Source of the DNA: the human T2T-CHM13v2.0 reference genome, Homo sapiens
DNA: 64,000 bases
Reading direction: 5' to 3' (one strand)
NCBI RefSeq assembly: GCF_009914755.1
Contig: NC_060943.1
The translations under genes were made by a program, and so were the position numbers. Shown piece after piece: positions 35,915-62,072 of the stretch; the first letter of the stretch is position 1, and each line of letters starts with the position of its first letter. Below the pieces are notes generated by a model. It was given only the letters and a program-made list of their open reading frames with translations, had not been told where the DNA came from and ran no database searches.

Positions 35915-36572
35915 TGTGAAAGGAAAATCAAAATTACTAACCAAAGAGAAAAGTCAAGCTGGGAACTGTGTTAGACAAACCTGCCTCCCATTTTATTCCT
36001 AAACAATATAGCTACAAGGACTAAACCAAAAATCTACATACTCCACTCACAAACTGTGGGCCTCAAGATCTCCACCCCAAAATAGTTCTGTTGAATTTCA
36101 CCCTGGCAATGTAAACTGAGAGCTTATCTTCACAGGTGTAGGAAAGAACCCATCCCTCTGCACACCTGAGTCAAATGTCTATCTGACTACTTCCCCTGAC
36201 CTATTTTTTATGTAAAAATTCAGGGTCACTGAGCCAGCCTAAGGCATAAGTGACTATTCCTCCACCCTCTCTCACATATAAATTGTGTATTCAATGAAAG
36301 GTTGATCAAAGACTCAAACAATGTGATCATTTGTTATCTCCCTGTGACCTGGAAGCCCGCAATTCCAGTTATTTCACCTTCCCAGATCGAACCAAGGTGT
36401 ATCTTATATGTATTGATTGATGTCTCATGTCACCCTAAATTTGTAAATTGCAGCCTGAACATCTTGGGCACACGTCATCAGGACCTCCTGAGGCTGTGTC
36501 ATGGGTGCATTTTAACCTTGGCAAAATAGATTTCTAAATTCATTGAGACCTAGTAGATACTTTTGGATCACA
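35915..36572 (+). mobile_element. MER4-family (MER4E-like) solo LTR
   Basis: Starts TGTGAAAGGAAAAT, contains aagtcaagctgggaactg and ggacctcctgaggctgtgtcatggg, ends ttttggatcaCA. Confidence 0.8.
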
Positions 36573-37279
36573 AGCTCATGAACACAGAAAAGATCAAGAT
36601 AGAATAAGGAAAAAATGAGTATAATGGAAAGCACAAATCAGTTCCAAAATCTCAACTCCTTCATATTTATTCACCATAGGGAAATGCTTTACAACTTTGT
36701 GGGATTAGAGTCCATTTGTGAAAGATTTTATATATATATATATAGTTTGTTTTGTTTTGTTTTTTGAGACGGAGTTTCAATCTTGTTGCCCAGGCTGGAG
36801 TGCAATGGTGCGATCTCGGATCACTGAAACCTCTGCCTCCCAGGTACTACGGATTCTCCTGTCTCAGCACCCCAAGTAGCTCAGATTACAGGCATGCATC
36901 ACCATGCCCGGCTAATTCTTTTGTATTTAGTAGAGACTGGGTTTCATTATGTTAGTCAGGCTGGTCTTGAATTCCTGACCTCAGGTGATCCACCTGCCTC
37001 AGCCTCCCAAAGTGCTGAGATTACAGGTATGCGCCACTATGCTGGGCCAAAAGATATATTTCTAGTATTAGATTGAAATAAAAACCCATTCTATATAACT
37101 TTAGCTAATTTAAAACGCAAATAATAGATAATTACATAGATACACAAAACTTTATAATATTTCACTTAGTATTGCTATTACTATGTTCTTGGGGCAGAAG
37201 CTCAGTCTGTCAGATACATTACAAAAGGATGGTGTCTCCATAATTGTGCTTAGGACTCTGGTGCATAAGTGGATAAACT

Positions 37280-37995
<716 letters not shown>

Positions 37996-38066
37996 AGTTT
38001 TCTTTTTTTTTTCTTTTTTTTTTTAAGACGGAGTCTCGCTCAGGCTTGAGACACCTTGTCCAGCTG

Positions 38067-38068
<2 letters not shown>

Positions 38069-38107
<39 letters not shown>
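38069..38107. repeat. (ATT)n microsatellite in an Alu tail
   Basis: Read directly from the sequence. Confidence 0.9.
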
Positions 38108-38399
38108 TTGTTTTTGAGACTGAGTTTCACTCTAGTTCCCTGGGCTGGAGTACAATGTCATGATCATGGCTCACCACAGCTTCCATTTTCTGGGCTCAAG
38201 CGATTCTCCTGCCTCAGCCTCCGGAGTAGCTGGGACTACAGGCTCATGCCACCACTCCAGGCTAATTTTTATATTTGTAGTAGAGACGGGGTTTCTCTAT
38301 ATTGGTCAGGCTGGTCTCGAACTCCCGACCTCAGGCCATCCGCCGTCCTCAGCCTACCAAAGGGCTGGGATTACAGGCTTGAGCCACCGCGCCCGGCCT

Positions 38400-39791
38400 G
38401 AAGTAGAATATTTTAGAAAGTAATTAAACCTTTTTTCAGCATAATAACCCAGAGATGTACTTCTGAAGGACTTAGGATCTCTTCTTGAAAGGCAAGCAAC
38501 AAGGGAGATAGTACCTGTAAGTCAGTAGGAAATTAAATATTTCAAACATCAGCTATTTCAAATTTAAAGCTACAGACTTTTAAATAATTCGGAACCTTGA
38601 GAGGAACGTGGTCATGCAACCTGAGTCCGGTGGCATGCAGGCGCAACTTCTACAAGTTTTCCTGGCCAGGCATGCAGGCTCAGGCCTGTAATCCCAGCAC
38701 TCTGGGAGGCTGAGGCGGGCGGATCGCCTGACGTCAGGAATTAGAAACCAGCCTGGCCAACATGGGGAAACCCCGTCTCTACTGAAAATACAAAGCCATT
38801 AGCCGGGCATGGTGGCGCACGCCTGTATTTTCAGCTATTTGGGAGGCTGAGGCAGGAGAACTGCTTGAACCCAGGACGTGGAGGTCGTAGTGAGCCGAGA
38901 TCACATCACTGCATTCCAGCCTGGGCGACAGAGCAGGACGCCTTCCCAAAACAAAACAAAACAAAACAAAATGTGCTATACAATTTAGTTTCCTAATATC
39001 AATTTTAAAAAGTTTTCGTGTAAATAATTAGGAAAACTAAGCAGCCCCAGAGATAAGACCTCCTGGCATCATTGTCCCTTCTTATGGAGTGATAATGTAA
39101 CCTTCCTTGAAGTGTATCACTCCATCACCAGTCAAGCTGCCGCAGCCTATGCACTGGACTTGAATGGAAAATGTGGTGGTTCTGGGAAAGCTTCTCTGTA
39201 TTTCCTTGTGTGTGTGAAATGTTAATGTCTCTACTTGGGAACGCTGACCCCATTCATTTGGAGTTGAGGTTTCCAGGTGGCTATTCTCATGCTTTGTGTC
39301 CAAATAAACTCTATAATTAATAATGTATTCTAAATTTCATTATTTACTGCTGACATCAGTTTCTGTTGGATTGTAGGAGCCTCACCAGAGAGGGCACCTG
39401 TCCGCCATGCTGTAAAACTCACACTTGCCAAAAATACATGGGTTAGGGTTTCTCCCCCTCCCTCAGGATGATGCTAGTTAGCTGACACAGATGGTCACCT
39501 CCATTACCAAGTAGAGCCAGGATGAATTATGTGTGACCAAGGGTGTTGTCAAGTCCTCTTCCCTGAGGACTGATCAGTGTTTATCTTGAAAACATGTATT
39601 TGGGTTGTATAGAACAGTGAAGTTTCTTTCTCTCTTTTCAACCTCTCAACTGTCCTCTATTTCCCATCACATGCTGGTCTAAGGCCTATTTATTAATAAA
39701 ATAGTTTTTATTTCTTTCTCTGTTATCGTCGTGAAGATGATTTCTCATTTAGGGGAAGATTTTTTTAGTTTTCAATTGTATTTTCTCAACA
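38400..39791 (+). mobile_element. MER101B-like LTR with nested LTR47-like LTR (~38525-39355) and an Alu
   Basis: The inner element ends ...aataaactctat...ttatttactgctgaCA. The outer element resumes tcagtttctgttggattgtaggagcc and ends ttttctcaaCA. Paralogue of 4110-5170. Confidence 0.55.
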
Positions 39792-40244
39792 TTTAAGAGC
39801 GAAGTGAAGAGTATTTCTTGGGCCAGGCACAGTGGTTCACGCCTGTAATCCCAGCATTTCAGGAGGCCGAGGCAGGCGGATCACTTGAAGTCAGGAGTTC
39901 GAGACCAGCCTGGCCAACATGGTGAAACCCCGTCTCTACCCAAAATACAAAAATTAGCCGGGCATGGTGGCCTGTGCCTGTAATGCCAGCTATTCCGGAG
40001 GCTGAGGCAGGAGAATCGCTTCAACCCAGGAGGCAGAGGCTGCAGTGAGCCGAGATGTCACCACTGCACTCCAGCCTGAGCGACAGAGAAATACTCCGTC
40101 TTAAAAAAAAAAAGAAAAGAAAAAAAAGAAAGTAATAGATCTCTTCCACAAATGTGCTGGGACAATTAACTGGATATCCACATGGAAAAGAATAATGTTG
40201 TATCCCTATCTCACACAATCAAAATTTTATTTTAAAAATTAAAA

Positions 40245-41520
40245 GAGACGATGAGGGGAGCCCTGCGGGAGGGTGTGTTACTTTGTCGCCCAGGCTGGCC
40301 TGGACCCCCAGGCTCAGTGATCCTCCCGCCTCTGGCCCTCAGGCTCCCGCCCACCTGGCCGCATTCCTGCTATGTTTAAGCAGTAGGTGGTGACTTCACT
40401 CCTCCCTGGCCTGAACACTCCGTCGCGCATCCCAGGCGGAGGCCCTAGGGAAGTCTCTGAAGCTGAGCACAGGGTGGACTCTCCCTCCTGAGTGAATGGA
40501 GAATAGAAAGGGAGAGGATTTCTGTTCTGTTCTGTGGGCCGTCAGCATGAAATTGTACGTTCCGCCCAGGCAGGGCTTTGCATTTTACATTCTTGTTTGC
40601 ATCCCCGTTCCAGACAATTCCAGGGCTTTCGAATCGTGCTTCAGCCTTCCTGACCGCTCTCGCCTCCAAAGCCCGAAAAATAGAGTCGCTGGGAGCGAGG
40701 CTGAGAGACGCACAGGTCCCGCCCCGGCCCCGCCCTCTGCCGGTTCTAAAGGGCAAGGTCTCTCCGCCTGGGGCCCCGCCTCTACCTCGATCAGGCCCCG
40801 CCCACCTTCTCGTTGGCTCCACCCAGGCCTGGCTTTAGTCCTGTGCGCACACATCCGCGCAGACCAGGAAGCGGATCCCGTGGAGTGAAGGTCGCACCGC
40901 GGCGGTGAGTTTTGCTCTGTGTTGTGTTAAGTCTGCACTCCCCATATCCCCGGCACTTCCGTACCTGGGACGTGGGGTCACCACAGACCTGTAAATTCTC
41001 GCCCATCTTCCTTCAACCAGAGCAAATGCAGACGTTCCCCTGGGAATCCGGAAGTCGCTTCCTTTTGTGTTTAAAGTCGCCCTGAGGCTGTTCCCGTCTC
41101 CAGTCTTTCTGCTACAGGGCGCTGTATACACTTCCTATCGCGTAGTTTCTGTGCTCAAAACCGTTTTTTAACTCCTCCCTCCCCGCGCTTTTCAAAGTCC
41201 TCACCCGAGATGTGTATTTCCGCCTGGGCGCCTCCCAGTCTCAACCTTTAGGCGCCTGAAGCGCAAACGTCGCGATCCCAGTCTCAGGGAGGCCGAGTTC
41301 TCTGCCTGGTGCTGGGATCTTGTGGACCCCACCGAAGGCGTCGTCGCACCCCACCTCCCGCCTCATGCTGGGCCTTGCTGCACCCCAAGTCTCCCCTTAG
41401 CAGTCACCACTTTCCTTGAGCCAGCGTTGGGGAGGTGCCAGGGGCCAGTCCTGTGACACGGTGTGTTCTTGCCTGCCTAGCTCCAACCCCTGAAAAATGA
41501 GCCTCTCTGGGATGCAGGCG
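40245..41520 (+). promoter_or_regulatory. ZNF701: CpG-rich promoter and non-coding exon 1 (donor at 40905) of ZNF701
   Basis: Colinear with the ZNF808 promoter. GC boxes, CAGGAAGCGG near the exon, CCGGAAGT at 41048-41055, gcg|GTGAGT donor. Confidence 0.85.
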
Positions 41521-42417
41521 TCTTACTTCAAACCCTCATGTGATTGTGTGGGCTAAAGAGATCAGGAGACAGAGAGTAGTAGAAAACCTGAGACAGAGAA
41601 AAGAAGAATGAGAAAGACCCATAACAGATGGCAAAGTAGAGGATGGGTGAGGGATTTGCCAAGAGACAGCAAAAGTGAAAAAAAAAAAGATAAGAAAGCA
41701 GGAGGAGAAAAGCAACTGGAGAAATGTAGAGAAAAGCTAGATGTACAGAGAGATGAAGGACAGACAGCAAGGTAGAGAGGGGCAGCAAAGAGGGAGGCTC
41801 ATCAGAGTGAGAGAGAGAGAGAGAGAGAGGAGGAATTTGGAGCCAGGGCAGACAGAGCAGAGTGGTGCTGGTGGCAAGGAGAACAGAGGGAGAACCACAG
41901 CAGGGAGGACGCCTGGGGATCTGGGGTGCTAGAGAGTGGGGACGGGGGGTACAACAGAGAAGAGAGAATTTAACAGGGAGAGCGGCAGAGATGCAGAGAT
42001 GGGATAAGAGGCGGAAATATATGGAGATTGAGGACGATCGAAGAATTGGGGAGAAGGAGCAACAAGAGATTAAATAAGACGTGAGGATGGAGCCCAGGTA
42101 ATTTTTGTATTTTTAGTAGAGACGGGGTTTCACCATGTTGGCCAGGCTGGTCTCGAACTCCTGACCTCAGGTGATCCACCCGCCTCGACCTCCCAAAGTG
42201 TTGGAATTACAGGCGTGAGCCACCGCACCTGGCCACCCAAGCATTCTTGATTGAAAAAGTTTGCTTATGTCTTAGTTCTACAGCTGACCCTCTTTCCCTG
42301 CTTTTTGTTTGTTTGTTTGCTTGTTTGTTTTGAGATGCACTTTCGCTCTTGTTGCCCAGGCTGGAGTGCAATGGTGTGATCTTGGGTCACCGCAACCCTT
42401 TTTGGTTTTTTTTTTGA

Positions 42418-42576
<159 letters not shown>

Positions 42577-42816
42577 TAGTAGAGATGGGGTTTCTCCATA
42601 TTGGTCAGGTTGGTCTTGAACTCCTGACCTCAGGTGATCTGCCCACCTCGGCTTCCCAAAGTGCTGGGATTATAGGCATGAGCCACCGAGCCCGGCCTAC
42701 TCACCACCACCTTTACCTCCCGGTTTTAAGCGATTGTCCTGCCTCGGCCTTCCTGAGTAGCTGGAATTACAGGCAAGTGCCACAACATCTAGATAATTTT
42801 TGTATTTTTAGTAGAG

Positions 42817-42943
42817 ATGGGGTTTCTCCATGTTGGTCAGTATGGTCTCGAACTCCCGACATCAGGTGATCCGCCTGCCTCGGCCTCCCAAAGTGCTGGG
42901 ATTACAGGTGTGAGCCACCGCACTCAGCCTCCCTGTTTTGAAG
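42817..42943 (+). CDS. ZNF701: Alu-derived alternative first coding exon of ZNF701 (long 531-aa isoform)
   Basis: An antisense Alu left arm gives [42 protein letters not shown]. Donor gaag|GTAACT. Splices in frame to 44652 (GLTSKDLVREEKTRKRKRKAKESGMALPQ). 127+86+127+1256 nt = 532 codons. Confidence 0.75.
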
Positions 42944-43809
42944 GTAACTAGCTGTGTCTTTGTACATCTGCATTTTATAAATGTTACTGTAATTTTCTTG
43001 TGAGGAAGAATTAAATGTTGGGAATCAGTGGCATCAGAACTTGCAAAGGAAGTTTTTTTATCCCAGGTATGTGAAAGAGGCTTCTCTAATTTTCAAGGAT
43101 AGTTTTGATAAGGCCAACCCTTTCCTTTATCCCTTCCAGGCCACCATGTAAGAATTCCGTTACATCTTTTCACTCATCTCAGACCTTCTCAGCGTGACTC
43201 GGTGAAAATGTCCCCGTTCTGAGGATGTCACAGCTAAATCTAAAGCAGATCATGTCAGTCCCTGGCAGGGAACCCTCCATGGGCTTCCTGTGTTCCCCAG
43301 GACAAAAGCCCAACTCCTCACTGTCACTCCACAGCCCTGTGTCCAGGGCCCCTGCCACTGTCCAGGCTCCTCCTGGGAACTTGCCCTCATCTCATGACTC
43401 CCTCTGCCCCAGTCACATTTGCTTTTCTCTTTTCCCAAACATCAAAACCCTTCCCGTCTCAGGTCATTTTCACTGCTCTTACCCTATTTCTCTAAATGCT
43501 CACAGCACTGTCCCTTTCTCCTTCAGGTCCTGGCTCAGAAATGTCTCCCATGCCCTCCCACCCCCAACTGAATTTCCCTCTGCCCATCAGTCTCTATCAC
43601 ATTACTCAGGTTTTATTATCTCTGTGTCAGTCACATCAGAAACACACTTTTTTTCTTTTTCCAAAGAGTCTCGCTCTGTCCTCCAGGCTGTGAGTGCAGT
43701 CTTGTGATCTTGGCTCACTGCAACCTTTGTCTCCTGAGTTCAAGCAATTCTTGTGCCTTAGTCTCCCAAGTAGCTGAGATTACAGGTGTGTGCCACCATA
43801 CTCTGCTAA

Positions 43810-44127
<318 letters not shown>

Positions 44128-44257
44128 TAGTACAGACAGGTTTTCACCATGGTGGCCAGGCTGGTCTCAAACTCCTGAGCTCTACTGATCCTCCCCCTCA
44201 GCTTCCTAAGTAGCTGGGACCAGAGACACACAGACGTGCACCACCATACCTGGCTAA

Positions 44258-44509
<252 letters not shown>

Positions 44510-44722
44510 TAGAAATTTATTATCCCTGGTGCAGTGGGCAGCAGAGGTGACCATATTTTTTCAGAGTGAGGGCACCTTTGTATGTGTCATTGTGTTACAG
44601 GCAGGAGGTGTGTTGATTCTGAGCAGTAAACAACATATTTCTAACATTCAGGATTGACTTCTAAAGACTTGGTACGTGAGGAAAAAACACGGAAGAGGAA
44701 GAGGAAAGCAAAGGAGTCAGGG

Positions 44723-54641
<9,919 letters not shown>

Positions 54642-54758
54642 GGTAATAGTTACAAATGCGGTGAGCACAGCAAACCATCAAGGATTGACAGTAGAGTCAA
54701 TTCAGAATTGACTTGAGTTTGAGTTGACTTAAAACATTCAGTTGAAGCATTAATTGAC

Positions 54759-54764
54759 ATTAAA
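54759..54764 (+). terminator. Candidate ATTAAA polyadenylation signal of ZNF701
   Basis: ATTAAA about 120 nt after the last relic finger, followed by GT-rich sequence. Confidence 0.45.
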
Positions 54765-54924
54765 GTGTTTATGTTAAGAGGATTGGGCCAGGCGTGTGGC
54801 TCACGCCTGTAAACCCAGCACTTTAGGAGCCCAAGGTGGATAGATCACTTGAGGTCATGAGTTTGAGATCAGCCTGGCCAACAGACGTGAGTCACTTTTC
54901 CCAGCCTGCTTTTTGTTTCTTTAA

Positions 54925-55267
54925 CAAAAACCAATAGGGGTTTTTATAGGTATTGTGTTGAATCTGAATCACATTGGCTTATATAATAACAATATTGATT
55001 TTTCCAAACCATCAATGTGGGTTGTATATATATGTTTTTAATCATTTTGGTTAATGTTTGTAGATTTCAAGGTGTGAAATTCTCAGTTTTTTTATGTTTA
55101 TTCCTAAGTATTTCTTACTTTAAGATCTCTAGCAAATGGAAGTGTTTTTTAATTTTCGTTTAAATTTTTTATTGTTTATGGAAATTCAATTAATTTTTGG
55201 TGCTGCTATTGCATTGTGCAAATCCACTGAATGTGTTGATTAGTTCCAGTAGTATTTTGGTTGACTC
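54925..55267 (-). mobile_element. Old L1M fragment
   Basis: T-rich antisense L1 ORF2-like motifs (tattgtgttgaatctg, tttattcctaagtattt, attagttccagtagtattttggttgactc). Confidence 0.6.
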
Positions 55268-55945
55268 AGGCCCCGCCCACCTCTTCGCCTCCCGTCTGGC
55301 CTGACCCAGGCCCCGCCCACCTCCTCGGGGGTCTCCCCGCGGGTCTGGCTTCTGTACTGTGCTGATTGGCACAGACCCGGAAGCTGATGGCATGGACTGA
55401 AGGTTGCCCCGTTGAGTTTGCGCTTCCCAGTTCTCTGGTACTGCTATACCGGGGACGTGGTTGTCCCCACAGACCTGGAAATTCCGGCCCCTCTTTCTCA
55501 ACTCAGAGCAAATTGAGACGTCCGGGTGGGAGTCCGTGAGTCTTTTCCTTTTGAGTTTAAAGTCGCCCTGAGGCTGGTCCCGTCCCGGTCTTTTCTGCAG
55601 TGGGGCCGTGCAGACACCTCCTGTCGCGAAACTTTCCTTCTCAAAACCCTTCCCGACCCGTCCTCCCGCCTCGCGCTGTTTCAGGTCCTCACCAGCGAGT
55701 TGGACTCTCGCCCTGGGCTCCTCATCGGCGCCTGGAGGGCAGCGCTGCAGCCCCACTCCCGGGAAGGCCGCGTCCTCTGCCTGGTCCTGGGATCCTGCAG
55801 ACCCCACCCCTGTCCGAAGGCGCCATCGCCCACCACCTCCCTCCTCGTGCCGGCCCTGCTTCTCCCCAGTTCCAACCCCAGGAAAACGTGCTTCTCCTGG
55901 AGGCAACCCTCTTTTTCCACCCTCGCCCTGTTGTTCCCGGAAGGC
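55268..55945 (+). promoter_or_regulatory. Third, 5'-truncated copy of the CpG promoter
   Basis: GC boxes, ATTGG, ACCCGGAAGC. Colinear with roughly 6530-7130 and 40790-41390, but lacks the upstream half. Confidence 0.8.
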
Positions 55946-55955
55946 AGGCCTGGAA

Positions 55956-56461
55956 TGTGAAGTTTCCAGGTAGATGGATATTAAACATAGAATTGAAGAA
56001 AAAAAAAAAAACCCCCACAAAGTAACAAAAGAATGAAGCGGCGAAAGCAGAAATTTACTCAACCAAGAAAGCACCCCACAGGGTGGGGGTGGGCCCAAGC
56101 GAGCGTCTCCAGGGCCCCATTTACAAAGTTTTTGGAGGTTATTTTTTTTTGAGGTCCCTATGGGCTACCCCTTATCTGGATGAAGAATTTGGCCCTTGGC
56201 CAAGGAAATAACTGAGGTAAATTGGCCTGAGGCCAGAGCAGATGGGTGCCCTATGCAGATGAAGGGGTGGCCGGTGCTTGGCCTTGGCCACTCCTGGGCT
56301 CTTTCTCTTTCCACCTGCGACCTGGTGGAAGGGGGAGGGTGTTAGGGAGAGTAGCCTTTGATCCTTTGTTACTTTGGGTGGGAAGATGGGGTTTTTCCTT
56401 TTAGTCTAGTTTTGGAAAGTTCGCGTTAATTGGTTTTAGATTCCCTGCCTCCCTAGACCCA
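55956..56461 (-). mobile_element. MER51/MER61-like ERV1 LTR
   Basis: Reverse complement begins gggtctagggaggcagggaatctaaaacc...aaaggaaaaaccccatcttccc...agtaacaaaggatcaaaggctactctcc. Confidence 0.6.
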
Positions 56462-58825
56462 GGACCCATGTGGTTTTTTTTGTTTTTGTTTTTGTTTTTT
56501 TGATGGAGATGGGGTCTTACTCTGTTGCGCAGGCCGAAGAGCGGTGACCGGATCACAGCTCACTGCAGCTTCAACCTCCTGGGCTCAAGGGATCCTCCCA
56601 CCTCAGCCTGCAGAGTAGCTGGGACCACAGCCGCGCGCCACCACACCGCGCCAATTTTTGTGTTCTTGGTAGAGACCGGGTTTTGCCTTGTTGTCTAGGT
56701 TGGGCTCCAACTGCAGGGCTAAAGCGATCCAAGAGCATCAGCCTCCCAAAGTGCTGGGATTACAGGCTTGAGCCACCATGCCCGCCTTATTTCTTAATTT
56801 AAAAAAAAAAATGTATATGTAGACTGAACGCAGTGGCTCATGCCTGTCATCCCAGCACTTTGTGAGGCCGATTCTCCTCTATCCAGGAGACGGGTTTCAC
56901 CATGTTGCCAGGTTTGTCTCAAACTCCTCGGCTTAACTGATCCGCTTGCTTTGGCCTTCCAAAGTGCTAGGATTACAGGAGTGAGCCACCACACGTAGCC
57001 AGTCCTGGCATTTTGTAGAAGGATGGCCAACGCAGCCTGTTGACCCTTCCTGGCCATCACATGAAAATCAGCGACTCTTCCTTCTTACAAAACTCGGAGC
57101 TTCTCAGGATAACTTGGTGAAACGTCCCCCGCTGTGAACCTCAGTGAGCCCACCTGTAATATACAGGTGAGGGAGAAGACCAGAAAAGCTCAGTCAGAGT
57201 GACACTGACCCCTGAAATGATGGGCACAATGGAGTGTGTGGCTTTTCCTGTAGGACAGGGAGGTATTTAGTTGTAATTTGAACTTTAAAGGATTCCAGTC
57301 CTCCGAAAAACAGGATTAGACTCAAATCACCTTGAACCTTATCATCTCACGGCTTTGACCCACCTACATGGCTCCGTGTCCCCTGCAGGCCTCGCCCCGG
57401 AGCTCTACAATCCTGTGTGCAGTTGTCTCCGCAGCTCTCTGCTGGGACATCAAACAGGCATCTCCACCTTCATGTGTCTATAAGTGACTTCCTAAACCCC
57501 CAAACACATTCCCTTACAGTCCTACACATCTCAGATGAGGGTGACAGTGTACTTCTGGGTGCTTAGCTGAGGTTGACACCATGTATTTTAAATATGGAAA
57601 ATAAATTACATTATTTGTAAGTGTTGTAATTTATAATGTAAAGAGAAAATTACATGTATACATGAAAGGAGTGAGAAAGTACATCATTTCCAAATTTATT
57701 TTGAGGTGTGGGAGAAAAATGTTTCAAGGCCTCATCCTTAGGGATCTGTGCTCCCGGGACCCCTCTGACTTCATCTCCTGCCTGTGTCCTCCTCACTCCC
57801 TCTGCTCCAGCCATACAGGCCTCTTTCCTTTTTCTGGGACTGAGGTTGCTCCTATCTCAGGGACTTCTCCTGGGCTGTCCCTCTGCCTAGGACTCTCTGG
57901 CCCCTCAACTGCAAGTGACAAGCAGCCTTTCTTCCCTAAGTCTTTGTTCTGATATTACTTTCTCTATGGAAACCTTTGTGATCTCCCACAGCCCCCCACT
58001 TGACATTGCAGCGCCACCTTCACCCCCACCTCTGGTCCATGTTGCCTGTTCTGTGTGATTCTTTTAGCTCCTTCACCGTTCACTGGATCCTGGTGAGAAC
58101 AAGTCCGTAAGCGGAGAGCAGAATCAGAAGGTGGGGCTGTGCTGGGCTGGCGCCATCTGAGTGGAGCTCAACCCTGACTTCACATTACAGTTTTCAGGCA
58201 TTTTGCAAATATATCTTTTGTTCTGTTTTATCAAAGATTGCTATTATCATAGGATGGGACACACCCTCAATAATACAATGGCACTGGTGATTCTCATCTG
58301 TGTCCAGCATTGAACATCAAGGCAGTTTCCTCCATATTGAGAACTGAGATCAGCCTGTGATCCACAGGGAGGTGAGGGGGCTGTGCTCTGCATGGGGTTT
58401 GGTTAGGGCCAGATCTGTGTCCTGAAGATCTGTGTCTTGCTGCATCGTGTGCATGGACTTTTCCATCAGGGGAGCAAAATCCAAAAACAAGTCAAAATTA
58501 CCCTTGTAGGTCTTCCTGTGGGATGTCCTTATGTCTGCATAATCTCTGGTGCAGTGGGCAGCAGAGGACCATCTTTGTCCCTGGTGAGGTCTCCCCTGTG
58601 TGTGTGTTTTGTCACAGGAAAGGAGGGAGTGATTTCTAAACACTAAATCTCAGCTGGGTGCAGTGGCTCACATCTGGAATCCCAGCTCTTTGGGAGGGTT
58701 GGGTGGGCAGATCTCAAGGTCAGGAGATCGAGACCATCCTGGCCAACATGGTAAAACCCCATCTCTAGTAAAAATAGAAAAATTAGCTGGGCCTGGCAGC
58801 GCATGCCTGTAATCCCAGCTACTTA

Positions 58826-58957
<132 letters not shown>

Positions 58958-59007
58958 TCATATTTTTTTACACACAGGATTGATTTCCAAAGACTCATGC
59001 TATGTAA

Positions 59008-59370
<363 letters not shown>

Positions 59371-59944
59371 TAGAGACAGGTTTTCACCCTGTTGGCCAGG
59401 CTGGTCTCAAACCCCTGACTTCATGTAATCTCCTTGACGGTTTTTCACTGTTACCAAGAATAACACACTGGCTGCCTGTGAGCATGGTGACTTCACTGCA
59501 GATATCTGGAGAATTCCTGCAAAACTGATTACTTCTTTTTGGATTTGCTATTTCCTCTTTTACATCTGGGAAGATTCCATCCAGACCCCCAGCTGCAGAG
59601 GTGCCCTCTCTGACTGAGAACATGAGAAATTTCTCACTCTTTTAAGCAAATCTTACTCCTGTGGTCTTACCACCATGTTCTTTTTTGCATTCGGTGAAAA
59701 TGAAAGCCCTTTTTATTTATATTTTCTATTCCTTGAGAGTCTGAGTAGATGTCATTAATCATGGACTTGTATATTTAAAATAGATTTTAATACTTTGCTG
59801 AGCATACTTTTCATGTGTTTTGAGAGCTATTTTGTATTCTTTAGTTCTTTATTTTTGCCCTGGTGTTTTGTTCACATTATGCATTTTTTTAGGATAAAAC
59901 AGAAACGTTCTTTCACATGCCTGCTTTTTTTTTTTTTCTTTTAA

Positions 59945-60175
<231 letters not shown>

Positions 60176-60264
60176 TAATATCTTCCAACAGGCTTTTCTA
60201 TTCCTTTCTTCCTCTCACTGTCTTCTGGGACTTCTGGTACTTTAAAAAAATTTTTTTGAGATGA

Positions 60265-60784
<520 letters not shown>

Positions 60785-61940
60785 TGATCCACCCACCTCG
60801 GCTTTCAAGTCCTGGTGTGAGCCACCTTGCCAGTCCCCTCTTCACTAATTTTTAATTTACATAATGAATTCTGATTTTGAACCCATGTATTGAGTTTTTC
60901 TACTTAGTTACTGTATGTTTAGCCCTAGGGTTTCTGTGTAGTTCTTCATAATTTCCATACGTTGGTTGACCTTCTCATTTTCTTCATGCATTGCTTTTAT
61001 GATTTCTTGAAGCTGTCTCTTAACTCAATGAGTTTCCAACATTGTTTGGGTTGGAGGTGATGGGGTCTCACTGTGTCCCTCAGGCTGGAGGACAGTGGTA
61101 CAATCTTGGGTCACTTTATCCTCTGCTCTCCAGGCTCAAGCGATCCTCCCACCTCAGCCTGGCATGTATCTGTGGATGTGTCCTCTCTAGGTTTTTGCTT
61201 ATAATCTCCTAACTGAAGTTAATTTAAGTGTGTGTGGGTGTGATTTGTAGTGTGTACAGGAGAGCATTAATGGAGAAGCCTATGATTTTTTGTTTGTTTG
61301 TTTTTTGAGACAGTCTCATTCTGTCATCAGGCTAAAGTGCAGTGGCGCCATCTAGGCTCACTTCAACCTCCACCTCCTGATTTCAAAAGATTCTCCTGCC
61401 TCGCCCTGCTGAGTAGCTGGGACTACAGGCACGCACCACCATGCCCAGCTAATTTTTGTATTTTTAATAGAGACGGGGTTTTACCATGTTGGCCAGGATG
61501 CTCTTGATTTCTTGACCTCCTGATCCACCCATCTCGGCCTCCATAAGTGCTGGGATTATAGGTGTGAGCCACCACGCCTGGCCAAGCCCATGTTTTATGT
61601 AGAAAATACATTATTTTCAGTATATATATACATATATTTTATTTTGAGAGTCTCACTCTGTTGCCCAGGCTGGAGTGCAGTGGTGCGATCTCGGCTTACA
61701 GCAACTTCTGCCTCCAGAGTTCTATCGATTTTTCTGCCTCAGCTTCCCAAATAGCTGGGATTACAGGCGCTTTCCCCCACCGTGCCTAGCAAATTTTTAT
61801 ATTTTTAGTAGATACAGGTTTTCACCATGTTGGCCAGGTTGTTCTTGAACTCCTGACCTTAAGTAATCCACCCACCTTGGTTTCCCAAAGTGATGGGATT
61901 ACAGGTGTGAGCCCCAATGCCCGGCCATATATATATATAG

Positions 61941-62072
<132 letters not shown>

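Noticed and set aside
55190-56098. 302-aa minus-strand ORF
   Set aside because: It spans an LTR, a GC-rich promoter and an L1 fragment, with low-complexity G/R/P content and no domain. Long ORFs are expected in stop-poor GC-rich DNA.
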